Shown here piece by piece: positions 37,834 through 47,078 of a stretch of DNA of 47,078 nucleotides; position 1 is the first letter of the stretch; each line of letters starts with the position of its first letter. The notes under the pieces were generated by a model. That model had not been told where the DNA came from. It saw nothing but the letters and a program-made list of their open reading frames with translations, and searched no databases. The DNA is from Arcicella sp. (GTDB taxonomy: Bacteria > Bacteroidota > Bacteroidia > Cytophagales > Spirosomataceae). The translations under genes and the position numbers were made by a program. The DNA lies in assembly GCA_040403275.1 (NCBI GenBank), contig JBBAKZ010000001.1, forward strand, positions 1-47,078, given 5' to 3'.

Positions 37834-38739
37834 ATGAAAAAAAGTACTCTTTTATTCTTTTTACTATTCGCATTTACTAAGATATTTTGTCAAAATGCAG
37901 AAAATCAAAAGCCTTACTTTGTTAAAGTCGGTGTGAGTTATTTAGACAATTACGTTTATAATGGTCGAAGTGATTCATTAAAGACCCCCTATTTTATTCC
38001 TTCGTTAACCATTGTATATGATTCCTCACTTACGATTAATGGTAATTTTTATTATTTATCGCAAGGAGAAGATAAAGGGTTTGATTTTTTAGAACTGAAT
38101 GCTTCCTACGAATTTGATATTACAAAGCGATTGTCAGCTGGAATTTACGGAACAAAATATTTCTATAAAGGTAACTCTAATGCCATTACAGGTAATATTA
38201 ATGCTACATTGGGAGGAAACTTAGATTATGATTTTGATTTATTTGAGTTAAATGTGGGTGCGTATTTTTTGTTTACAAACGGCCATATTGATGTAAATTT
38301 TAATCCAGGGATTGAACGGGAAATTATTTTCGGAGCCAAGAATGCATGGAAATTATTGCCAAGTTTTTATGTAAATTTTAGCACTTTAAATTTTTATGAA
38401 GGCTTTTCAACGCAAAGGGCTACCAAAAAACTAACGAGAAAAAGCGCAACTAATCCCACCTTGGCGACCCTTGAAGAAATAACTACGGTAAATGATAAAA
38501 GCATGAGACTATTAGATTACGAATTCAGTTTACCGCTAACTTATGAAAATAATAAATGGGGTTTTTCGCTTGAACCTACAATTGCTTTCCCCAAAAATCC
38601 TATCAGTACAAATACAGCAGTGCTTAGGGTAGTAAATGGGACTACACAACTTATTTCAAACAAAGATAGTACCCCTTTTTCAGAAAGGAATTTGACTCCC
38701 ATTTTTTATACACAACTCAGCTTATTCTTAAAATTTTGA
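37834..38739 (+). CDS. Putative outer-membrane beta-barrel protein
   Basis: Signal peptide, alternating aromatic/hydrophobic strands, C-terminal LFLKF; starts 7 bp after the NRPS stop. Confidence 0.6.
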   Translation: MKKSTLLFFLLFAFTKIFCQNAENQKPYFVKVGVSYLDNYVYNGRSDSLKTPYFIPSLTIVYDSSLTINGNFYYLSQGEDKGFDFLELNASYEFDITKRLSAGIYGTKYFYKGNSNAITGNINATLGGNLDYDFDLFELNVGAYFLFTNGHIDVNFNPGIEREIIFGAKNAWKLLPSFYVNFSTLNFYEGFSTQRATKKLTRKSATNPTLATLEEITTVNDKSMRLLDYEFSLPLTYENNKWGFSLEPTIAFPKNPISTNTAVLRVVNGTTQLISNKDSTPFSERNLTPIFYTQLSLFLKF

Positions 38740-38764
38740 TTGGATAGAATATGATTGAAATTGC

Positions 38765-38788
38765 CCCAAACTTTTTGATGTCCTCCTA
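38765..38788. repeat. Isolated copy of the MITE right end
   Basis: CCCAAACTTTTTGATGTCCTCCTA is 21/24 identical to 8308-8331; a shorter degenerate copy CTTTTGATGAACTC follows at about 38796. Confidence 0.65.
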
Positions 38789-38824
38789 CAATATACTTTT
38801 GATGAACTCTCTGTTAAAGGGTAA

Positions 38825-38867
38825 TTAAAAAAAGCCATTCAGATCAATTTTGAATGGCTTTTTTTAA
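38825..38867. terminator. Bidirectional intrinsic terminator
   Basis: TTAAAAAAAGCCATTCA-loop-TGAATGGCTTTTTTTAA between convergent genes, with an A-tract on one side and a T-tract on the other. Confidence 0.85.
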
Positions 38868-38870
38868 ATT

Positions 38871-39275
38871 TTACATTTTTACCATTTTTCCATCCGCTTC
38901 AAAAAACAAATCTTTTCCACCAACTTGGGCTTCGTAAAAAGTTTTACCGCCTTTCTGGATGATAGCCGCTTCCTTTACTTTTTTTCCTTTCAAAGCCGCC
39001 TGAACTGGCGTGGGAAATTCTGAGAATTTAATGTCCTTTTCTACTTCTTTTTCCAAGCCTTTTCCATCAAAGACTACCGACATATCTTTATCATCCATTT
39101 TAAAAGAAACCTCGTAATCAGCCTCTTCTTTATTCCATTTAACTCCTTTTACCTTTGCATAGTTTTTCGTAAAGCTCTCTTTTACTGCCGTGGGTACTTT
39201 ATTAGCGGTCATTTTTTGGGCATTTACTTCAATTGTTACTAAGGCAAAAATTGCCAAAATCAATAATTTTTTCAT
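38871..39275 (-). CDS. PepSY-like (BLIP-like) periplasmic protein
   Basis: Signal peptide; VPTAVKESF..Y..VKWNKE..YEVSF, repeated as FPTPVQAAL..FYEA..LFFEADG. Confidence 0.8.
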   Translation of the reverse strand: MKKLLILAIFALVTIEVNAQKMTANKVPTAVKESFTKNYAKVKGVKWNKEEADYEVSFKMDDKDMSVVFDGKGLEKEVEKDIKFSEFPTPVQAALKGKKVKEAAIIQKGGKTFYEAQVGGKDLFFEADGKMVKM

Positions 39276-39301
39276 GGTATTGTGAATTTAATTGTTAAAC
39301 A

Positions 39302-39341
39302 TTCACTAAAACTAATCATTGATTTTGAAGGGATTTTGTAG
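39302..39341 (-). promoter_or_regulatory. Promoter with tandem 11-bp-period repeat plus -7 box (copy A)
   Basis: Minus strand CTACAAAATCC-CTTCAAAATC-AATGAT-TAGTTTTA-GTGAA; 29/40 identical to 45802-45841. Confidence 0.65.
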
Positions 39342-39350
39342 TTCAAAAAG

Positions 39351-40364
39351 CTATTTGCCAAACTCCATTACCATAAAGGTATTTGGGACAATTTTGGCTC
39401 TTGGACGTGGGTTATCGGTGGTAACGGGTGGTGTTTCACCGTACTGTGCTGATATCGTAAAAATATGGTTTGTTTTTTCGTCGTAAGTTATTGTTCTTGC
39501 TCCCACAGCAGATTTTATGGTTTCCGCTACAGTAAATATATTCGGAGACTCTTCGTGAACTGCCGTGATTGTACCTTCTCCATTGGATGAAAATGCCGTT
39601 TTTGAAACGGGGTCATACGCTACGCCATCGCACCTTCCACCGATACCAACTTCAGTTATTACTTTTCCGTTTTTTGCGTCCAAAATTATCATCTTTTTAT
39701 TACCACAAACGGCAAATAATCTTTCCGTTTTCGGGTCAATCGCCAAGCCCGTTGGTTCTTCACCCGTTCCGATTTTATAATGTTTTTTGATGGCTAAACT
39801 TTTGGCATCAAAAGCTACAATTTCGTTCAAATCTTCCAAGTTAACAAAGATTGTTCCCTTGCCATCGGTAACCCCAGCTTCGGCAGCTTCACCACCTAAT
39901 TTTACCGTTTCGATGGCTTTCAAGGTACTCGCATCAATGGCAGTTACACTCCCGCCTTTGTGGTTGAATACGAACACTCGATTAGAGAATTTATCGTACA
40001 AAAGTGCATCAGGATTGTCGCCTGTAGGAATTTCCGAAAGCTTAGCTAATGTTTTCAAGTCAAAAACAATCACTGTATTTGTCCGCCCAGAGGTGATAAA
40101 GCCCTTTCCAACTGATGGTACAGCTTCGATGCCATGAACACCTTTTGTATCGGGAATACTACCAATTTTTTCGTGAGTATCCACGTTCAAAACCTCTACT
40201 TGGTTGCCATGAGAAAGATACAAACGGCGGTCTTCAGCACTAACCGAAAGATAATCCCAACCGCCTTCTCCTCCAACAACGGTTGATTTTTTTAGGGTAG
40301 TTTGAGCCGATAAAATGCTCGAAAATGAGGCGATTATGCCAAAAATAAAGATGATTTTTTTCAT
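39351..40364 (-). CDS. YncE/YVTN-family beta-propeller secreted protein
   Basis: GGEGGWDYL, GVHGI, GDNPDA, EEPTGLAID, GARTI. Confidence 0.82.
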   Translation of the reverse strand: MKKIIFIFGIIASFSSILSAQTTLKKSTVVGGEGGWDYLSVSAEDRRLYLSHGNQVEVLNVDTHEKIGSIPDTKGVHGIEAVPSVGKGFITSGRTNTVIVFDLKTLAKLSEIPTGDNPDALLYDKFSNRVFVFNHKGGSVTAIDASTLKAIETVKLGGEAAEAGVTDGKGTIFVNLEDLNEIVAFDAKSLAIKKHYKIGTGEEPTGLAIDPKTERLFAVCGNKKMIILDAKNGKVITEVGIGGRCDGVAYDPVSKTAFSSNGEGTITAVHEESPNIFTVAETIKSAVGARTITYDEKTNHIFTISAQYGETPPVTTDNPRPRAKIVPNTFMVMEFGK

Positions 40365-40421
40365 TATTTTTTAATGTTAGAAAAAGTGAAAATTGAAATA
40401 TTTATTATAAAAAACGGTTTT

Positions 40422-40480
40422 AATAGAATGTTAGCACGCTGGCTGAGTTTTGAACCCAGCCAGCGTGCTAACATTCTATT
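40422..40480. repeat. Long hairpin / REP-like inverted repeat (24-bp perfect arms)
   Basis: AATAGAATGTTAGCACGCTGGCTG-N11-CAGCCAGCGTGCTAACATTCTATT between the RND and yncE genes. Confidence 0.85.
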
Positions 40481-40487
40481 TAACGGA

Positions 40488-43400
40488 TTAATCTTTATTT
40501 ACCTTCCGATAAAACAACCTCAATAAACTTGGTAACACAATTAATAATAAAGGTAAAGCCACTAAAAATCCACCAATCACGGCAATGGCGAGTGGTTGAT
40601 GCAATTGCGCTCCCGTACCAATTCCCAAAGCAATCGGCAAAAGAGCAATAATAGCTCCCAAAGCGGTCATCAATTTTGGGCGTAATCGGGTGGAAATCGC
40701 AAAAATAATGGCATCGTGCGGACTAAGTTCATTATGCAAAGATTCTTTGAATTGCAGAAAGGTAAAGATGGCATTTTCACCAATAATTCCTACAATCATA
40801 ATCAAGCCCGTGTAGCTCCCAACATTCAAAGCAGTATGGGTAAAAAACAAGGCTATATAACTTCCAGAAATGCCCAAAACGGATACTACGAGAATGATAA
40901 AAGCAATTTTTAGTTCCTTAAATAAAAATAAAATAACCCCAAAAACTAATAAACTGGAGGTTATCAGAATCAATAATAACTCCTCAAAACTCTTTTGCTG
41001 GCTCGCATAAGCTCCTCCGTATTGGATATGATAACCATTTGGTAAGTTCACATTGGAGGCTATTTTTTGCTGAATTTCTTTCACGGCACTTCCCAAATCT
41101 CGATTATCCAAACGAGCCGTCACTACGCCCATCGCTTGTAAATCTTGTCGTTCAATTTCGGCATCACCTTCGCTTAATGATACGTCCGCAAGGGCAGTAA
41201 TGGGTTGTAACTTACCATTTGGCAGAAATATTTTCGTATTGCCAATATCATTGACGGAATGATTTCGACTGTCGGGATATAACATTCTGACGCTTGTGAC
41301 CCGTTCTTTTTCCAATACACTACCAACAATTGTTCCTTGCAAACCCAATTGAAGTTGATTTTGGAGATTCATGGGCGAAATCCCAAACTGTGCCAACTTT
41401 ACATATTCGGGCTTGACATTGATGGAAGGACCCGCAATGACGATGCCATCGAAGACATCGGCAACGCCCGCAACGCTTTCTAACTCCTTCGCAATTATGC
41501 GAGAAAGGTCGTGCAATTTTTGCTTATCACCCCCAAAAATTTTTATTTCAATAGGCTGTACAGAGGACATTAAATCGCCTAACATATCGCCAATGACTTG
41601 CCCAAAATCTATCCTAAGAGCGGGTTGAGAGGCTTCTACTTTCGTCCTAATTTCGCTAATAACATCATCTGTGCTACGATTACGAGATTTTTTTAACTGA
41701 ATCAAATAATCGCCTCGGTTGGGTTCGGTAATAAAAAAACCCATCTGTGTACCCGTTCGGCGGGAATAGGTTTCCACTTCGGGAACTTTGACGATGATTT
41801 TCTCGACTTCTCTTAAAATTCTGTCCGTTTCTTCCAAGGATGTGCCAGGCGGTGAACTATAATCCAAGACCACACTTCCTTCATCCATTTCGGGTAAAAA
41901 TCCTGTTTCTAATTTTGGAAAGATGATGTAAACCGACACCATCAAACCAATCATAAATAAAATACTCAAAATTGGTCTTGTAATAAAAAAATCTACCCAA
42001 CGCTGCGGCTTTACTTCGTGAACTACTTCTTTTTTCTTGAAAACCCTATCCCTCGAAAGCAACAAATAAACCACTGCCAAGCCCAACCACGTCACAAAAA
42101 ATGAGCAAATCAGCGTAATAATCATGGTGTCGGTCATCACTTTGAAATAGGCTCCTGCCACGCCCGTCATTAATACGAAGGGCAGAAAAATCACAATGGT
42201 ACTAATGGATGACCCCAACATGGCTGGGAAAAGGTAGTGAATTGACCTTGGCAAAAGAGAGGCTGTGGATTCATCGGGATGTTCTTCGTGGCTTCGGTGA
42301 ATCTGTTCGACCACCACAATCGCATCATCAATAATCAACCCGATGGCGGCGGCAATTGCCCCCAAAGTCATAATATTGAAGGTATACCCAATCACTTTTA
42401 AGCAAATTAAGGTCATACAAAGCGTAATGGGGATGGTTATCAAAATGGTTAAACTCGCTTTGAGAGAACGCAAGAAAATAATGGCTACTACAATTGCTAA
42501 TGCCAAACCAATCCATAAACTGTCACTCACACTTTTTACGGATTCATTTACAAAATCGGCTTGCAAATAATACGGTTTTACCTGAACATTTTTAGGTAGA
42601 ATTTTTCGTAATTCATTGACTTTCAAGGTCATTTCTTCCGAAAGAGATACTAAATTGGCATTGGGTTGTTTGATAACGGCAATCAAAATACCGTCCTTAC
42701 CATTGGCGTTTACCTTGATGTATTCCACGGCTTCGTTCACTTGCACATTGGCAATATCTTTTAAAACCACGATTCTTTTGCCATTATTACTCACCACAAT
42801 ATTCTCAATTTCAGTTTTCGTAAGGGCTTGTGCATCGGTTACGGTCAAATACAACAGGCGATAATCGGACAAATATCCGTTGGATTTGAGCATATTGGTC
42901 TGGCTCAAAGCCAAACTAACAATATCGGGCGTAATACCGAGTGTACTCATTTTTTGGGTCTGTAATTCCAACCAAAACTCCTTATTTTTCCCACCAATAA
43001 CCCGAATTTCTGATACGCCAGACACCTGCGAAAGAAAAGGTTTTATCGTATAAGTGGCTAATTGTTTGAGTTCGATGGGCGATAAGTCATGGCTTTCGAG
43101 CGTATAACCACTCACGGGTAAAATCGACGGATTCATCTTTTCAACCGTAATGGAAATATCAGGGGGAAGTACATTTCTGATTTGAGCAATTTTTGATTCT
43201 ATCCGTTGCTGACTAAAATCTATGTTCGCATCCCAATCCATAAAAGCCGAAATTTCACAGCTTCCTCGACTGGTAATACTTTTAATCATCTGTAAATCAG
43301 GAACTTGCTTAATGGCGTTTTCTAAGGGACGAGTTACTGTTACCATCATTTTATTGACGGGTTGCAAGCCTGCATCGGCAATTATTTTTATCTTTGGGAA

Positions 43401-43518
43401 GGTGATTTCTGGAAAAAGCGAAGTCTGTAACTTACTGTACGAAAAAAAAACCACCCATGATGATAATTGCCATCATCACGGCGATTGGACTCTTGTAGGT
43501 TGAAAAGGGATTTTTCAT
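40488..43518 (-). pseudogene. RND efflux permease (AcrB/CusA family), frameshifted in a T9 tract at the end of TM1
   Basis: ATG 43518 gives MKNPFSTYKSPIAVMMAIIIMGGFF, which stops after the 9-T run (A9 at 43442-43450). An 8-T run would join it to ORF 40488..43454 (SLFPEITFP, GLIIDDAIVVVE, RLRPKLMT). Could be a sequencing error. Confidence 0.8.
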
Positions 43519-43608
43519 CTGATTATCATGTTCAGTTATTTTCAATGGTATCAGATGGAACGCTTAACCATTATTTGGATATCAAAGTTTTTGAGATGGC
43601 GTTTCATA

Positions 43609-44541
43609 TCAGTTTGCTTTCTCAATTTTCACGCTTGCCGTATCTGGCAAACCATAATTTCCTGATATCAAGATTTTATCGCTTCGTTGAAATTTGGGCG
43701 ATAAAATCTCTACTCTTTCACCCAATTCTATGCCTTTATGAATCGGAATTTTCACGGCAGTGGAAGCATTAATCATTTTCATTACCCAAAAATTCGACTG
43801 TGTTTCATCGGTTAAAATGGCTTTTTTAGGTAATGATAGGGCGTTCATCTTCGTCTTCTTCACAATCCGTACTTTGGCAATCAAATTTTCTGGAATTTGA
43901 TGTTTAGCATTTACTTTAATTGCCACACTTTCGGTTTGCGAAATGGCATCTACGGTGGGCATCATTTGCACAATTGTTCCCGCCAAAACTTCCCCATCGG
44001 GCATCGTCAATTTTACCGATTTTCGGTTTAGGATATAAGTGCGCAACTCGTAAGGCAAGTCCAATAAAAACACAAAACTGTTGATTTCGCTAATAGCCGC
44101 CAACTGTTCGCCATCCTGCACATAATCACCGTTTTGGTGATTCAATTGGGTGATATAGCCACTTTGCGTAGCCGAGATTTTGGTGGTGCCAGAAAATTTA
44201 AAAGTAGAATCTAAGCCGTTCAAAATATTGCCCAAACCTTGGGATTCCTTTGTTTTGAGGCTAAAAAGCACTTTATTGACCGATACATATTCACCTAATT
44301 TAGTAGAAACACTTTGCAAATAACCGTTGGAAGTAGCTTTTACAAAACTATTTTGTAGAAACGCCGACGTGGCATTCAGTTCCAAAAAATCTTGCATTTC
44401 ACCTTCATTTATATTCGTAATCATTACGGGTGTTCGGGAATCTACTGGGGTTTCTTCTACTGCTTTTTCGGTTTTATGACAAGCCGAAATACCAACAAAA
44501 ATCAGTAAAAAAGGCAAATATAGTTTTAGATTTTGACTCAT
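43609..44541 (-). CDS. RND periplasmic adaptor (MFP) lipoprotein
   Basis: Lipobox ISAC; biotinyl-lipoyl-like segments (ISATQSGYI, GDYVQDGEQL); lies between tolC and the RND gene. Confidence 0.88.
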   Translation of the reverse strand: MSQNLKLYLPFLLIFVGISACHKTEKAVEETPVDSRTPVMITNINEGEMQDFLELNATSAFLQNSFVKATSNGYLQSVSTKLGEYVSVNKVLFSLKTKESQGLGNILNGLDSTFKFSGTTKISATQSGYITQLNHQNGDYVQDGEQLAAISEINSFVFLLDLPYELRTYILNRKSVKLTMPDGEVLAGTIVQMMPTVDAISQTESVAIKVNAKHQIPENLIAKVRIVKKTKMNALSLPKKAILTDETQSNFWVMKMINASTAVKIPIHKGIELGERVEILSPKFQRSDKILISGNYGLPDTASVKIEKAN

Positions 44542-45788
44542 TTATTCCAATAGTTTAATTGATTTTTGGTTTGTAAACGATTGAGTTGGTTCAAGGTAAT
44601 TTGATTTTTGGCATTTAAAAAATTGGTTGTTGCCAATAAATAATCCACAATTCTAACATCTCCCGTGGTGATTAATCGGTTATTTGCTTCAATTAATCGT
44701 TGTGAATATTTTAACTGGTCGAGCAATTCTGCACTCAAATCTTCGTGTAATTTCAATTGTTGAAACAGTTGGGAAGTTTGTTGGGTGTATTGTTTCAGGA
44801 AGAAATTTCGATAATTCTGACGGGTCAATTCTGCAATTTTGTTCTTGTTGTGTTGTAAATTTCTTTGTCTGCCATCGTACAAAAGTATGGTAGCATTAAA
44901 GCCAAAACTTGCCCCAAAATTATAGTAGGGTTGCATCGAAAATGAGGATACAAAGCCACCATCGACAAAAATATTACCCCTGATTCGATAGGCAAAATCA
45001 ATTAGACGGTCACTATTCTTGATTTTTAAACTATCAAAAACGAAAGGACGGTAAAAAACAGAATTTCTAACTTCGGGCAGTTGTGGAGAGGGAATATTAG
45101 GGGTTGGAATTTCAATAATTTGCGTTTGTTGCGTGTTTTCCGAAGCAATGCCACAGAGATAATTTAGCGTACCAAAATCATTCAAAAACTGAATTTATAA
45201 GCGTTTTAATTGTAATTCTTGCTGTTGAAGCGTTACTAAAAAAGTTAAGTATTCCGTTTGTTTATAGACGTTAGTTTGCGTAAGTTTTTTTAGAATTACT
45301 TCTTCATTTTTAAACAAATCTAATACTTCTTGATTGAATTTTATTTGCAAATAATCGCCATAAGTTGTAACGTATTGGGCAGTAATCGTTCGGGTCAAAT
45401 CTTGTTGAGATATTCTTGTATTAGCTTGAATACCAGCAGATTGCAATGAAATCGTTTCGAGTTGATTTGCTAAATTTCGTCTTGGAATTATAGACTTATT
45501 GACAAAAAGTTGAGCTGAATAATTACCTCCGTTTGAAATGGCATTATCGTAACCAAACGACCCCAAAGCGGGATAGTAAGAGTTGTTTGTACCTGCCATA
45601 ACCTGTGGTTTGAAAGTGGCTAAGAGGCGTAAGCTATCCAATTGATTGGCAAGCACCTGATTTTTATAATCTTTCAAAAGTGGACTATTATCTTGGGCTT
45701 CGGCTAGGTAAAAATCTAAGCCATCTTGGGCAAGAGATTGACGAAAAAGTGAAGCCATAATAAGGCAAGAGAGCAAGAGTTTACGCAT
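44538..45788 (-). pseudogene. TolC-family outer-membrane efflux protein interrupted by an in-frame TAA
   Basis: ORFs 45195..45806 and 44538..45185 are in the same frame: ...QLKRL*IQFLNDFGTLNYLCG, with TAA at 45195-45197. Signal peptide starts at ATG 45788. Confidence 0.85.
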
Positions 45789-45801
45789 CAATAAGATTTG
45801 T

Positions 45802-45841
45802 TTCAATAAAGATACGCATTCATTTTGAAGAAAAATTGAAG
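45802..45841 (-). promoter_or_regulatory. Promoter with tandem 11-bp-period repeat plus -7 box (copy B)
   Basis: Minus strand CTTCAATTTTT-CTTCAAAATG-AATGCG-TATCTTTA-TTGAA upstream of tolC. Confidence 0.65.
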
Positions 45842-45886
45842 TTTTGATGCACTACTTTCTTGATAGCAATACCGCTAATTATAGAT

Positions 45887-47009
45887 TAAGTATTCGTATA
45901 TAAATAAGCGACATTTTATTTTGCACAACTTTGTTTATGGGATACAGATTCATTCAATTAAGTCCAGAGGACATGAGTCTTTTGGAAAAGACCTCAAAGA
46001 CTAGTACAAAAAAGGCACACATAAGACGCAAATGCGTTACAATTTTACTCAGTCATCGAGCTTATCATCTAAACAGCCTCTAACGTCTTTATAAGGTACG
46101 TACCTATACTATACGTGATTGGATGAACAATTGGATAGCCAAAGGTATTGATGGTTTTTCTATATCAGCTGGTCGTGGTCGTAAAGCTGAAATAGACCGC
46201 AACCATACAGATTTAATTGATGCTTTGACCAAGGCAATCAACCTCAAAACTTAGATACGATTTGTACAGAATTAAATAAATCTAAAGATTTCAACCTGAC
46301 TAAAAATAAAGTTATCCAATTTTAAAAAAATTAGGGTACTCGTATGAATGTTTTCGTAATTGTATAAAAAAGTGTCAAGAACCCGTGTCATACAAAGCAT
46401 CAGATGAAAACTTTGTCAAATACTCTATTTAAAGGAATAAGGGCTATTTAGAGTCTAATATGGGGATCAGAGTTGGTTCTCATTAACCACTTGTTTACCT
46501 TATGGTTCATCGCAGCCCAAAGATGAGTACATCCGTATTTGTCCTAAAAAAGTAATAGACTAAACGTCTTTGGCTTATTATCAAAAGATAATGATTTAAA
46601 AGTTTATTCTACCAATGGTACGATTTTATCAGACTTAATGATTGCTTATTTAGATGATTTCGCAAGACAAATTAAACAAAAAACGGTGGTCGTATTGGAT
46701 AATGCTCCCATACACCGTCCAGATGAATTTCATGAACAAATCGCATTTTGGGAAGAATAAGACTTGCATATTTTCCTTCTGCCAGCATACAGTCCACCCC
46801 CAATCGGGCGGCGTTCCGCATTATTGAACGATTGAGGTTAAAAGCTAAGTATGAATGGTTGAAACCACATCACTATGAATCTTTTGAGATACTATCTACT
46901 GCAGTAGAAGAAATGCTAAATCAAGTAGGAAACACATTTAAAATAGACTTTGCAGAAATTAAAAATTTTACAGAATTCAAAACGTCCTTTAAATTTGAAT
47001 GACTACTTA
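45887..47009 (+). mobile_element. Degenerate IS630-family element (transposase pseudogene)
   Basis: ATG at 45937; HTH part then an A-run at about 46324; DDE remnants GDQSWFSL, RLNVFGLL, VVLDNAPIH, FLPAYSP, KYEWL with many stops and frameshifts. Imperfect IRs TAAGTATTC.../...GACTACTTA bounded by TA. Confidence 0.85.
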
Positions 47010-47078
47010 TGGGTAATTTTCGTCTTTTTGTAATGAAAATCTTTACCTATAAAAAGAGTTAAAAAAATCTTTATTGAG

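Noticed and set aside
43548-43604. Tiny ORF (MKRHLKNFDIQIMVKRSI) between the MFP and RND genes
   Set aside because: It is only 18 codons; it could be a remnant of an inserted gene, but there is no supporting evidence.
425-44893. Many short ORF-track entries antisense to or overlapping long genes (e.g. 11237..11773, 19242..19814, 37472..37873, 17265..17585)
   Set aside because: They are shadow ORFs of well-supported genes and show no motifs of their own.
46748-47002. 84-aa ORF treated as an independent gene
   Set aside because: It is the C-terminal fragment of the broken IS630 transposase.

Overview
AT-rich Bacteroidota DNA, probably Cytophagales given the T9SS C-terminal domain, SusC/SusD pair and TAnnTTTG-type promoters. 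It carries a complete plasmid/chromid replicon: parB-parA <- iteron origin -> Rep_3 initiator (28.9-33.2 kb). Left of the replicon are a truncated AraC gene plus a cupin, a xylan cluster (GH10, GPH transporter, GH43_1), and a divergent phosphoesterase / TonB receptor / lipoprotein locus. Next to these is an ECF-sigma/FecR-controlled polysaccharide utilisation locus that unusually embeds a malonate module (MatB, MadL, MadM) between susD and a GH50-like hydrolase, followed by a T9SS beta-helix protein and a double esterase. This is the best candidate for an undescribed system: utilisation of malonylated glycans. The beta-helix gene sits between two ~96%-identical 118-bp copies of the GH50 3' end. 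Right of the replicon are an AAA-ATPase pseudogene, a Pls/PosA-type membrane NRPS with an outer-membrane protein, a decaying TolC-MFP-RND-YncE/PepSY locus and a degenerate IS630. Several long palindromes and a 131-bp MITE are present. All protein calls come from motif recognition only; no database searches were run.
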